Notes: a model not told the origin generated them from the letters alone. Positions 36,201 through 48,984 are shown, counted from the stretch's first letter. The stretch is 64,000 nucleotides of DNA from Azolla caroliniana (GCA_043228905.1 JBHGNT010000017.1:5270001-5334000), one strand, 5' to 3'. Made by a program: numbers and translations.

Positions 36201-37293
36201 GCCCTTTGCCCTTGCGTGTTGGGCATTGCGTGGCATAATGTCCGGGCTACCAACAAATAAAACAATGGATGCTTGATTCACCCTTCTCGGCTCCTGGTGG
36301 TGTGTGCCGCTCCACTGGTGCCACTTGCTCCTTGCGGTCCGGCCTCGTTTGTCGGAACGCACGCGGTGGTTGTTGTTGGTCCCGTCGTTGTTCCTGGTGT
36401 CTCTCATCTCTTGAGCCTTCATCGTAACGCCGGTGATCTCGATATTGCCGTGGCTTACCATGATAACTATTGAAGCCGCCCCGTTTGTTTGTCGGCCGGT
36501 GATTCTTGTAGCGTCGGCCCCCTTTAGCATAACTCGGATGTCCACGATAATCCTCATCCTCTGGTTCGTCTTCCTCGGAATCATTGTGATTTCAGCAATT
36601 CTGGTGGTGTCGGTCATTACTTGGGTTGCGATCCATATACCGTGGTCGGTCTTCTTGCCTCCTTTGTTCAGTCCGGCGTGGTGGACGCTGGGTGTCCATG
36701 CTGCAGACTGCGGGAGTGGCTCTGTTCAACATATTGTATTCACATTGTTCGATTGTGTGAGCCTTCGACTGGAAGATTGGGCAGTGGATTCGCATATTGC
36801 ACTCCACTGCGGAATGCCCCGAGTTCAAGCAAATCGTGCACTGGATTGCTTCACGAAACTAGCGTTCCTCATCCTAGGGTAACGCTTGTCGTAAGGAGGA
36901 CATAGAAAACCTTTCCTCCTCCTCGTCCAACTCGAGTTGTAACGCTCGTTCAATGACCATATCCGTTGTTTCCCCTTTCACGCTATTCTTGTTGAGCGTT
37001 GCCCGGATGGGTCGGCGTAATGCTGCCATAAATGTTTCTCGAGCCTCGTCCTCCACGGGGTTCCGTTCTAGTTTCCGCCGTAAATTTTGGAAACGTAAAC
37101 TGAAGTCTGTGATCGTCTCGGTCGGCAGTTGATTAATCGTGTAGAACTATCCGAGGATTTCGCGTTGTGGAACCCTCCAATGGAAGCATCGCAAGAAAGC
37201 GGATTGCAGCTAATCGAAGGTTGTGATTGCTAGTAAATCCATCTGTGAATGCCAAAACGTCGCTCGCCCATCCAATGTTAACCCGAACTCCGT
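33265..37293 (-). pseudogene. gag-pol: Decayed gag-PR-(RT missing)-RNaseH-integrase of G; gag N-terminus continues at 44307-44371
   Basis: Zn-knuckle-like fragments about 36200-36850, PR 35534-35955, RNase H (VNASD, ERNYSTTE, VDH) 34618-35140, integrase 33265-34494. Confidence 0.88.
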
Positions 37294-38002
37294 TGTCGTG
37301 AAGAAAACCGTCCACAAGCGGAATCGGTGCACAGGAGCGTAGGAACCGGCTCTTCTCGAATGTTGTCCGTAGAAGATCCTAGGCATGTAGATTTAGTGGG
37401 TAGGAAGTAAAGGATAAACGGCTCCTTCCTTGCCTATAAAAGGAGAGAGACGAGAAGGGGGATGGGGTCGCGGAGAGTCGAGGACGAAGTGCTGTCGGTT
37501 TGTGTGCGAAGGCTTCTCTCTCTCTCTCTGGTTCGCAAACTCCATAGCTTCCTTCTGTGCAGGTTTCGGGAGGCTCGCGCTGCTCTAAGGAATGCCCGAG
37601 TGCTTCCGGCAGCACCTCCAACCTGCTCCTGTCTTTCTGTGCGTTTACGAACAGGCATCGGCATCTGTTCGCCGGCCTATTTGGTTGTAACCGACTTCGT
37701 GTTTTTGTTGCTTCCGTGTTTCGTTGTTTGTCTCTGTTAATATATACATACATTCCTTCGTGTCTCTCTGTGTTGGTTTCCCGCTCGTGTCTTCGTGTCG
37801 AAGGGCCGTGTCCCTGTGGATCTACGCTCGCACCTAGTGGGTCTCTTCCCTTCTCCTTTCTCTCTTGCTCTTCAGTACAAGACCCCCGAGGTCCCGCCTC
37901 ATTCCACGCATCCACGAGGAATACCTCGACATCTTTGGTGAACCCGACGTGAAAGAGGCGGCAGAAGAGCAGAAGTTGAAAGGGTCGGATCTTGCGGAGG
38001 CC

Positions 38003-40102
38003 ATGGCTTCGGCCGTGGATCGGATATTGAGCGCACGCGAGGGCTCCGGCGCCCTCGACAGAGCCATTGAGGTGGTCGTCGGTACGATCGGCCGGTTCAG
38101 CGGAAAGGATGCCACGAAGTATTTGGCGTCCTAAGGGGCAGAAATGCTGATGCGGGACATTCCGGAAGAGAGGCGTCTTGCCGGGTTCCCTCGAGTGGCG
38201 ATGCCGAGCATCCATGCGGAGGTGCTCGAGGTACGGGCGGAGAGCCGTACCTAGGAGGAGTTCGAAGGCCGACTCCTAGAAAAATACGGGCTGGACGACG
38301 CGCTCCGGCTTTCGAAGTGGGACTTCATGGAATGGGTGGAGTCCCCCAGCAAGGGAAGAAACGCGCCGGCACTCCTCCGGGAGTTTGAAGAACGCTTTGC
38401 GCGCCTTTCGGCGCTTGACCGGACCATTCTGGATACGAGCCGGGTCCTACTGTTCGTCAAGTCGGTGGACGAGCGGGACCGGGATCAAGTCGGCTCCTTG
38501 TTGGAAACCGAAGACAGGCTGACGACCGACTGGGCTGCGGTTAAGAGAGTCTGTGGTCGTTTCGACAAACGGCAAGAATGGGCTGATAACGGGGCGGCCG
38601 GTGCGGGCTCTGTCACAGCAAGGAGGCTTGAACCGGCACCGCAAGGGCGAAGGGAAGAAACCCGGGAATGGCTCGAAACCGTTTCGGCTTCGACCGGCAT
38701 GGTCAATGGCTCATCCGGAGGAGCAGCGCTGGAGGAGTTGACGCAGGCGATAAAGGATCTCCAGATCGCCTAGGCTCGAAGGGCAGGCGGCGAACCAGCT
38801 CGTGACTGACGGCCGGCAGTAGGGAACAGGTGCATGTGGTGCGACGAGGTCGGCCACATCCGGAAGGACTACGGTGATTTCGCAGAAGCGTTGAGGAACC
38901 GGGTGGTGTACATGTGGGAAGGTCGGGTGCACGCCGGCGACACCAGAAGGGCCCTAAACCGAAACGATGGGCGAGGAGGTATGAAGAGACTGATGGAAGA
39001 GGCAGCGGCCCGACACGTCGAGGCCATCCACTACTCGGCGTCGGCCGGTATTCGAGTCGGGGGCAACGAGGCCCGAAAGGAGAGCAAGGACGGATTCTGG
39101 CCGGCAATGCTGGAAGGCCTCGCCGGCGCACGGCTGAGGAAAGATGAAACGGACCGCGCTGAGAGACGGGTCCGGGAAATAACCGGGTGGAGCGACCCGG
39201 TCGAGGAGAAGACGGGCTTCATAGAAGCCGCCTGCCGGAACTACGAGGCTCTGGTAGAAGACAAACGAGTGGGGAAAGCCGGATCGGCCGGGCCCTCACA
39301 ACGGTACGAGACCCGATTCGGGCAACGACGGAACGATGCCGGTGGGTCCAGCTCGCAAGATAACCCCAGGAAGGGCGGATACCGACTGGGGACGGAAATA
39401 GAAAGGACCACGGACCTACGAAAGGTCCTAGAAGAACGGATCCTCGACAGCAAGGTGGAGCTGTCATTGCGAGAGGTGCTAGGGATCGCAAAGAAGGAGT
39501 TCCACGACTCCATTGTGGACCTAGTGAAACGGAAGAGGCTGTCAACGGAGACGGAACCGGAAAGACCGGTGGAGGTGCGGACGACGCACATCGACGACAT
39601 GGCGCTGGAAGATGAGTGGGCGGAGAGCCACTATTCAAGGCCGCACTGGGCCCGAGCGACCACGGAGACCCCGGTAAAGATCGGAGATGTTCAGGAACCG
39701 GTGGTGGCATTGGTGGATCACGGTTCGGAAATAAACCTGATGTCCATGGACTTCTATAAGAAGGGGAAGTGGCCGATCAACACCAAGCACGGGTGGAAAA
39801 TACGGGCGGCGACGCGCGCCACCGAGGAACTGCACGGGGCCTGCCCGAACGTGCGAGTCAAGATCGGCGACGTCGAGATTGACCAGCACTTCTTCGTACA
39901 GGACACGTCCTCGCACCCGGTCATAGTGGGGGAACCATACATCACGGCGGCGCGAATGGAGACCAAAGTGCTGGACAACGGTTCGGCCTACGCAAGGGTC
40001 AAAAGCCAGGACGGGCGCCATTCGGTCCAATTTCTGACGGTGCGACCAAACCACAAACGGAACCGCGAATCCCTCGGTGGCGAGAACTGGGAGGATTTTT
40101 AG
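38003..40102 (+). pseudogene. gag: Gag-protease ORF1 of H with several in-frame stops
   Basis: CMWCDEVGHIRKD knuckle remnant and aspartic protease ALVDHGSEINLM in the same frame; ends GAG GAT TTT TAG. Confidence 0.88.
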
Positions 40103-43100
40103 AGAGGGTTTCCAAGGCGTGGAGCCGAGACAATCCGGACACTCGGGAAAGACCCCACAGCTGTACAATAGAACCGAAACCGAAGAAACCTTGTACGATA
40201 GGTAGAAAATTTTGCTTCTCCAACGACGGAGGGTGTATGATAGTCGGCATCGTTGGCCGAGAGAAGGCAAGGGCGGAAGAGCGACTTCGAGCGTGCGGAG
40301 TTCTCGGCCCGGACGAGGAAATCAGCGGAGCCGTGGAGGCAGTCTCCTTCGACGACACCTTGGGGATGCTGAGGAAGGTAGCCGGAGAAGACCTTAACGA
40401 AGACCGGACGATACCGGTATGTTCCGAAGAGATGTACGAAGTCATCGCGAACTTCAGTCGGGGGCTCGGGTCGGATCGGACGGCCCGAGTTAGCACAAAG
40501 TACAAGACTATGGACCGGAAGGTAAGGCCAGTCGCGGCACCCTTACCGGAGGGCAGCGAGTCCCAGATCAGAGGGGTTGCGTCGGACCCCAGTTTACGAG
40601 ATCCGGCCTGCATAGGACACACCTTCACCGACGGGACGCTCCGGGAGCTCAAAATCGGTGGGGGCGGGTTCCTACTGCCAGCGGAGGAAGACCGGTTTTG
40701 GAGAATGCTCGGAAGGCACGGGAAAGCCTTCGCATTCTCGCCGGAAGAGATCGGGTGCGTAGACCCGACAATCGTGGAGCTGATGGTGATATTCACGGTA
40801 CCGCATGTGCCGTGGAATCTCAAGCCGATTCTGGTACCGAGGGCTCACATCCCGAAGTTGATGGAGCTATTGAGGCCGAAAGTCGATATGGGCATTCTCG
40901 AACCGTCGAGTGCCCCGTACTCGAACTGATGGTTTACCGTACCAAAGAAAAACGGAACGATGCGCTTCATTCAAGACCTGCAGCCGGTCAACAGAGTGAC
41001 GATTCGGAACGTAGAAATCGGACCGACCATAGACGAGTTTGCGGAGGCCTTCGCCGGATGGTCGATTTACTCGGTCGGTGATCTATACTCGGGGTATGAC
41101 CAGTTCCAGCTAGCCGTGGAGAGCAAAGACATTACGACGATGCGAACTCCCCTCGGCCTAGTGCGAATGTGTACCCTGCCACAAGGAGGGACCAACTCGG
41201 TGGCCCACATGGTGAATGCAATGAACAAGGTATTGAGGGATTGCATCCCGGACATCACCATGCCATTTCTGGACGACATCCCGATAAAAGGGTGCTCAGT
41301 GGAAGAGAAGGACGAGACAGTCGGGCCGGACGGATGCCGGCGATTCGTGGCAACACACATCGACGACTGCGAGAAGGTGCTACAAAGGCTAGAGGATGCG
41401 AGGCTCACCTTCTCCGGGGAGAAATCGGCCTTCGGGCAATCGGAAATCCTGGTGGTCGGACACCTATGTGGACCATATGGCTGGAAGCCGTCTCCGGCAA
41501 AGGTAGAAGCCATCTCCGCGATGAAGACCGACTGTAGCTCGGTTACGGAAGTTCGGAGGTTCCTGGGGGCATGCGCGTTCTACCACATATGGATCCCGCA
41601 TTACGCCCACGTTGCGGAGCCGCTATACGGGTTGCTGAAGAAAGGGCGAAAATTCGAGTGGCGAAACGAGCACACGGAGTCGGTCCGGAAGTTGAAGGAA
41701 GCTCTTGCGGCAGCACCGGCGCTCCGGAAGGCTGTCTACGAGAAGGGTACCCCGGTATACATAACGGTGGATACGAGTCTGACCGGGATCGGATGGGTCG
41801 TCAACCAAGAAGACGGGGATGGCATTCGGTTCCCGATCCGATTCGGCGCGAAGGTCCTCAGTGAGCGACAGCGAGGGTACGCCCAGGTTAAATGCGAACT
41901 TTGGGGTATCGTTTCGGCAGTAAAGGCCGACAAAGACTACCTGATCGGGACGGAAGTGATTATCGAGACGGATTGCCTGCCAATTCTCGGCATGGTTTCC
42001 GGATGCGCGACACCGAACCTGGCGATGCTCAGGTGGATAGCGTACATCAAGTCCCTAGACCCGGAAATACGGCACATTTCCGGAAAGGACAACGCCATGG
42101 CCGACATGCTTTCGAGGGTGAGGTTTGATGACGAGGGTGGCATGGTTTCGGAGGACGAAGAAGTCAGCGTGGACTTCTTCGAGGCAGCGTACATGACGAC
42201 CGATGGGACGAGCACTCCGGCACTTAACGACTTCGATGAGAGCAAGTACGATGGCGAGTGGCTCCAGATCGGCGGGTTTCTGAGGACAATGACGCCGGAT
42301 GCGTCATGGACGAGGGACGAGGCCAACCGGATCCGGAAGAAAGCATATCGATTCTTTCTCCGGGACGGATACTTATGGAGGCACCCGAAGAAGAGGAACG
42401 GCGTCCCGCTCCGGGTGGTGGCGATGAAGGAAGAACAGGAGGAGCTGCTGACGGCCTACCACGACAGCCCTTGGGCCGGACACCGTGGAACGTGGGCCAC
42501 GTTCGAGAAGATAAAGGGGAAGTACTGGTGGCCGGGACTGTACCGGGACATGCATCGGTTCGTGACAACTTGCGAGAGCTGTCAGATGCACTCCGTAGTC
42601 TGACATCGGGACGAGCTTCACCCTACGTACCCTCCGACCATCCACTTCAAATGGATGGTAGACCTGGTGACGATGCCGATGGGAGTAGGACAGATGCGGT
42701 ATTTGGTCTTGGCTCGGGAAGATCTGACGAACCAGGTAGAAGGCCGGGCCCTTCAGAACAAAACGATCGCGGCCGTATGTCGGTTCCTGATTGAGGACGT
42801 GATATGCCGGTACGGGTGCGTCGGGAAGATCGTGGCTGATCGCGGGGAGTTGGACGCCGAAGAGGCCGAGGAGCTATTCGACCGGCTAGGAGTCAAGCTC
42901 TCGCTTACCACTGCGTACAATCCGGAGGCGAATGGAAAGGTGGAGCGCGGACACGGACCGATCGTCAAGGCGTTAGTTCGGGCATGCGGAGGTCAAGTCG
43001 GGAACTGGCCGCGGCTGCTGCCTTACGCGTTGTGGGCGGACCGAACTACGCACAGTTCAGTAACCGGATTCATGCCGGCAAAACTCATGTTTGGGCAGAA

Positions 43101-43595
43101 GCCGGTCATGCCGATGGAACATACGATCTCCTCGTGGGCAACCGTGGACTGGAGAAACGAGATGAGCCGGGAGGAACTGTTGGCGGCACGCATACGACAG
43201 CTCGAGCGAAGACCGGAGAACGTGGAGCAGGCTGCGGAAAAGCTTCGGGAAGCAAGGATGAGGAACAAAGCCCGGTTCGACCGAACGCACCGGCTGCGAC
43301 CGAAGAAGATCGAGGAAGGCGACTGGGTGCTAGTCTACGACAGCAGCCTCGACAACCATCACCGAGCGACACGGAAGTTCGCAAGAAGGTGGTTCGGGCT
43401 TACATGGTACAAAGCGCCAACGACAACGGGACGTACCATCTGGCGGAACTCGACGGTACGAGAATGGCGATACCGGTAGCGGGGAAGCGGATCAAAGCGT
43501 TCAAGAAGCGTCACGACGACGAGCCGGATCCGGTTGACCTAGACCGCGACGACGAACGATCCGAAACCGAGGAAGAACCGACGGGCGGGGAATGA
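40099..43595 (+). pseudogene. pol: RT-RNaseH-integrase ORF2 of H (two CGA>TGA stops, one late frameshift)
   Basis: LPQG..PFLDD RT, RNase H (TVDTS..ETDC), HHCC (HDSPWAGH..CESC), integrase core (VADRGE..NGKVER). Confidence 0.93.
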
Positions 43596-46398
43596 AGGCT
43601 GGACCGGTTTTCTCCGTCCCAACTCAATTTGGCGCATGCCGGTGGATGCGCGGTTAGGTGGGGGCGGATGTCGTGAAGAAAACCGTCCACAAGCGGAATC
43701 GGTGCACAGGAGCATAGGAACCGGCTCTTCTCGAATGTTGTCCGTAGAAGATCCTAGGCATGTAGATTTAGTGGGTAGGAAGTAAAGGGGAAACAGCTCC
43801 TTCCTTGCCTATAAAAGGAGGGAGACGAGAAGGGGGATGGGGTCGCGGAGAGTTGAGGACGAAGTGCTGTCGGTTTGTGTGCGAAGGCTTCTCTCTCTCT
43901 CTCTGGTTCGCAAACTCCATAGCTTCCTTCTGTGCAGGTTTCGGGAGGCTCGCGCTGCTCTAAGGAATGCCCGAGTGCTTCCGGCAGCACCTCCAACCTG
44001 CTCCTATCTTTCTGTGCGTTTACGAACAGGCATCGGCATCTGTTCGCCGGCCTGTTCGGTTGTAACCGACTTCGTGTTTTTGTTGCTTCCGTGTTTCGTT
44101 GTTTGTCTCTGTTAATATATACATACATTCCTTCGTGTCTCTCTGTGTTGGTTTCCCGCTCGCGTCTTCGTGTCGAAGGGTCGTGTCCCTATGGATCTAC
44201 GCTCGCACCTAGTGGGTCTCTTCCCTTCTCCTTTCTCTCTTGCTCTTCGGTACAAGACCCCCGAGGTCCCGCCTCATTCCACGCATCAGCGAGGAATACC
44301 TCGACACCGTCATTTTTTACTAGTGCGCTACCACCTCTGAAAGGCTCTACGCCATGTGATTCGCATTCCATACATTAAGGAACATGCAAATATGGGTGGC
44401 GGCGTCGGTTTCGCCGTTAAAGCGAGGATAGGCAAAGGCCATGCTAGGGGCTACAGCGGGTCGGGAAAGACCACAGGGTGGCTGTGGTGAGCATACTCCC
44501 CGCGTATTGTCGAGGTATTTGGAGAGCGAAGAATCACCTTTCTAATCACGGCAGGTAGTACTGAGGTTGCTGAGGCGAGGCTTTTGCCGTGCACGTTCTT
44601 CTGCCTGGCGTGTGACGGACCTTGTGATTCGCTTATCTTGTCGTGTTGGTTCTCTAGGGCGTCTACGGCTAAACGTCCATTCGTCGTTGCTCGTCTGTGT
44701 GAAGACACAGATCACCAAGCGTGCCAAAAGTGTTACCGATTAGGAACACGGTCTACGGTCAATCCTTCGACCTAGACCTCCAAGTGGTTGTGGAACAACG
44801 AATAGGCGCCTATGCGTAATGTGTAGGGGAATGTTCCCTGTAACCTATCAGCGTATAAGGGAGACAGCTACAACCGACTCCTTAGCAATGGTTACACTTA
44901 CGTTCTTACACGCTCAGGTATTCCAGACACACAGTAGATTAGTCGTAGCTATACACAGACTTTCAGAGAAGATAGAATTCTATTACGACATGCTTCTTTA
45001 CAATTCCAAAATTACACGCCCCTCTATCAGAGGTTTTCTGCCCTTTATATACGCAGGGTCTATTTAACCGTTCACGCTTCTTGCGTGAACCGTTACATGC
45101 GTTATGATCTTATATTATTTCTTGTTCCTACGCTCTTGTCCGTCGGTTACTATTCCGGCGGACAACACCAATGATGCATCATAATGATATGTAACAACAC
45201 ATGCCCAATAATCTTGGGCCATGTTGGCTTCATCACTCTTTGCACATGAAACATTTTCAGCAATGATCATGCCGGATTCCTTATTCTTCTCATTGCGCTT
45301 AACAAGTTTTCTACACTCATCAATAGTATGACCAGCCTTCTCGCAATATTTCAACTCCTCTTCTTTTGCAAATCACCATCATTAGAGGAATAAGTGGAAG
45401 GTTGAGGCTTTGGTTTTGATGAACCAAAATCTGAACCAAACTTGCTTTTTCCTTTTTGTGAGATAGCAAGTGCTTGTGTTCCCTCTATCAAACCACTCCT
45501 ATTCACTCTAGATTGTTGTTCTTGCAAAAGAAGAGACACAACCTCATCAAATGCATACATATCAGTATTCCCTTTTGCAACCAAACATATTGTAGTAGCA
45601 AAGCTTTGAAAATATTCGGGTAATCCTTTCAACAACGTAGAGACAAGTGATGTATTTGAAATGATCTCATCTATGTTCGCCAATTGCTCGTTCAAATCTT
45701 TGATGCATGTCACATATATACATATATACATCCTCAAGTTGCTTTCTCAAATATGCAACAATGCTTCATTATGCACGGCATACAATGAAGCAAAGTGTCC
45801 CATGCTTGTTTAGATATAGAGCATGACCTAATATGTGGAACTGGAGGATGCATGAGCTTGAGCATCTTTTCCATCCCATCTAAGTTGCACTTCTGTAGGT
45901 GGAGTAGATGAAGTCACTGTGCTCAAAGAAGAACCTATATCTGTGACAGTAGACCGTGAAGTAGAAGGACCGGCGGGACGCCAATCTACATCTACCACTA
46001 TGTTCCATAGTTGTTTGACAACAAGAACGTGTTTCATCATGTAGTACCACATCGGATAGTTAATCCCATCAAGCTTATCTTCAACTTGAAGCATGCCAAA
46101 CAAGTCACTATTGTTTGCCATTTTACCAAAGAACAAGAAAGTGGCAAAATCTTAGCTCAACGAAATCTGAAATGAGTGTTGAGATTTCAGCTCACAAACT
46201 ATCACTCGGATGGCGATTTTAACTTCACGAACGGCTTCAAAATGAGGGTAAAACAGCAGGGCACTGCTGAAAATGCTCTCCGAGTGCTGAAATTCACTTC
46301 TCTATATTCGGAAGTTGATTTGCACAGTTAAAAGTGCACGCGTGCCGCGACGCGGATAACCAAAGATGGAGAGTATGAAGAACTTGCTATGATACCAC

Positions 46399-46678
46399 TG
46401 TTGCATGTGTGGAAGAGTGACAAACACATAAGAAGCACACCCAAGAAGCTCTCACACAAAGAAAACAATGATTGGAATAGCTCTCTCTATTGATGATTAA
46501 TACAAAACTGGTAAGAGCTGAAATATATATCCCTAAGTACTAAGTACCACCACATATGAGTGAGTCATGTATGTGGTAACATGGGGAAAAAACCTCTAGC
46601 CAGCACTAGAGTAAAAATTGCCCATGTATAGGGAAAAGGTTCACATCAAAGCTACTCGAGGAACATGTAAGTGTAACA
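46399..46678 (-). repeat. 5' LTR of Copia D
   Basis: Matches 11713-11981; adjacent PBS at 46386-46397. Confidence 0.9.
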
Positions 46679-47982
46679 ATCGTCAAGGTACATCTTGGCT
46701 TACTATGTCATTAGTCATTTAGTTCATCGCCCCTCAAGTTCCAAAAACTCTATAATTTATCAAAATATAAAATATCATCTTATACTATTCTCACGTAAGC
46801 AAGATGCTAAGGAAATAGTTTTTTATTACATTCACCACATCAAGATGAAAACCTGGCAATGAAATGTTTGAAGCTTTGTAGTAAAGCACCCTACGTTGTC
46901 GCTTCAAGTGAACTACTTGATCCCACCCTCCATCTTCCCTCAGCAAACACTTCTTCCTCGAGTAGGAGCTCGCTTAGCTGAGCTTGAATGTAACCCAAAT
47001 GGAAATGCTCAAGTTGGGGAGGAACTATACCCCATACGGTAATGAAGGAACTCCCACAAGTATTGAGATCACAAAATATCACAAGGTTTTCTCGCATTTG
47101 TGGAAGTCAAGGGTAAACAGGTCATGGTTTACGTTCTGATGAGGGAACAAAAAGGCTCACCAATGGGACAAGGGACTAACAATGATGCCTTGAAAAGAAA
47201 TGTGTCAATAGCCAAGGTTCCTATATGGTCAATAAATGTCGGACTAAGCAAGAATATTATAATCATACAACCAATCAGCCATGATATTTAAAAGGGCATG
47301 TCACTACTAGCCATGCCCTACACCTTAGATCAACAAGCACAAGACCTCATCACATAGTTCCAACGCAGAGCAACGTGCCATGGTTGTGGATGAGAGCACC
47401 TTGCCTAAGGGGAAAAAAGATATGCATGAACTTGTTATCGATTGTGCCCTTCGTAGTTGGGGAAAATGTGGTTATGAGTGCCCAATGTATAACACAAAAC
47501 CCAAACAAACACAAGCAAGGAAATGACATGAAAAACACAAGGAAACAAAAACCACAATCTAGTAAAACGTCTTGCCAAGGCACTTCCCTACACCCATCCT
47601 AGAAAGTGACAAACTTGATAGAAGACCCGTCCACAAACAAACAAGAATGTTCTCAGCCCATGTGACGACTTATTAGAACCCGATCGAGGAAATTCAATGC
47701 ATAAAAGAATACATAGTTCTAATTCAACAAGTAGAAAAGGGACACAATAATCTTAAATCAAAACTTGAACTTGTATTACTTCCGCTACTCATTACATTGA
47801 TTCCCGAATCCTTTTATAGGCATCCGGTTGGAAATACAAAATGGTGCCTTACCAGTTACCGGCTCTCAATCAGTCTAGATCCATCTGTTCCTATAATATT
47901 TCTAATTAATAATTAATCTAATCATAATATCTGACTCGTCCCTTTCCACATTTATCCTCCAGGTCATACTCCAACCAACACA

Positions 47983-47998
47983 TGGCACGCCTGTGGGA
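47983..47998 (+). other. Inverted PBS / tRNA-Arg-like 3'-end copy at the PPT position of I
   Basis: TGGCACGCCTGTGGGA, identical to 30129-30144, 2 nt from the putative LTR end. Confidence 0.75.
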
Positions 47999-48695
47999 TA
48001 GTGCATTGCACGTTGAACCCATAGGTTAGCTCCTTCACTCTTCGTCGAGTATGTCCAAAATACTTTGATCCAAGGGTTCGAGTGGTTCTTCATTCTGTTG
48101 TTAAGCTTTTTTGGTTGTCGGTCAATAATCCAACCCTAGCTTCGTATGCTCCACTTCGAGTTGCTTATGGTCCCTGTGTAGCTTCTCGAAGTCTACGTTA
48201 AGGCACGGTTGATTTGAGAGTGCGACCGATCTTCCTGGTCCTTTTGTTGCCACATCTCTTCTTTCAGCCTCTCTATCTCCATTTCGTCCATCCTCCACAG
48301 CATGTGTTTTTCTTGCACCAACTTCTATCTTTCCTCCTTCAGTCGGTCGTTGTTCGCTTGACTCTTCCGGAGACAATTCCTCAGTCCTCCATTTCATTTC
48401 TTCGGTTGTCTTCCTCTATTCTCTTTCTCACTCTCTTAGTGCTTCTTGAGCAGCTAATTCATCCCTAATGTTTGCATTTCCTGTTCCCGCTCAACGTCCT
48501 TTTCCGGGGTTGTTCTGGCCACTAGTTCAGCATCCGTTCCAGAGCTTGTCTTGTGGTCCATCTTTGACATGAAGACCCCAAACTCCTTGGCTCTTGCCAG
48601 CTCCTCCTTCAAGCTCCAAATCTAATTTCGGGCCTTATCCAATTCTTCGGTTGTTGTCAGCAACCGTTCCACCCATCTCCACTCCATCTGTCATG

Positions 48696-48763
48696 ATATG
48701 GCAGGACTCGAACCCATGACCTTATGTTAGATGGGTCGAGCTCTTGACAATTAGACTATATGT
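48696..48763 (-). promoter_or_regulatory. tRNA-like Pol III A-box/B-box module in U3 of B2 5' LTR
   Basis: Perfect B box GGTTCGAGTCC (48704-48714, minus) after AAGGTCATG; A box TAGTCTAATTG (48748-48758, minus). Confidence 0.65.
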
Positions 48764-48984
48764 TGTAATATGAAGGATATTATTTTCATTTAAGTTTTAC
48801 TATAGAAAATTGATGTATATTCCAAATTTCTCTGAAACATTCTAGAAACTTCAGGAGTACTCCTGAGAACACTATAAAAGGAGACACAAGGCATTATTTC
48901 GAACCAAATCAATTCAACGCCAGTCTTAAGCCTCCTAGCTACTATTGTATATTCTCTTAAGATAATATATATCTTTTGTTATCA

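Larger units (their letters stand above)
37294..44306 (+). mobile_element. Full-length tRNA-Trp-primed Ty3/Gypsy element H inserted in gag of G
   Basis: 638-bp LTRs 37294-37931 and 43669-44306 (about 97-98% identical); 4-bp TSD CCGT; PBS TGGTGAACCCGACGTGAA 37936-37953; G-rich PPT before 43669. Confidence 0.96.
29711..45167 (-). mobile_element. Non-chromovirus Ty3/Gypsy element G; RT deleted, extra 3' ORF, no PPT; contains element H
   Basis: LTRs 29711-30126 and 44731-45167 (21-bp indel); flanks GCAAT/CCAAT; PBS TGGCACGCTTGGTG 44713-44726; gag, PR (VIDGGS), RNase H and integrase ([16 protein letters not shown]) on minus strand. Confidence 0.92.
11713..46678 (-). mobile_element. Old Ty1/Copia element D, host of four nested insertions
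   Basis: LTRs 11713-11981 and 46399-46678; PBS TGGTATCATAGC (tRNA-iMet-like, 46386-46397); PPT next to 11982; flanks ATTGT/ATCGT; collinear gag (45173-46136), PR/GAG-pre (29411-29710), INT (23056-23741), RT (16953-17716, 12606-13325), RH (about 12020-12600). Confidence 0.9.

Noticed and set aside
37379-38215. 278-aa minus-strand ORF
   Set aside because: It spans the LTR, PBS and antisense gag of H and has no recognisable domain
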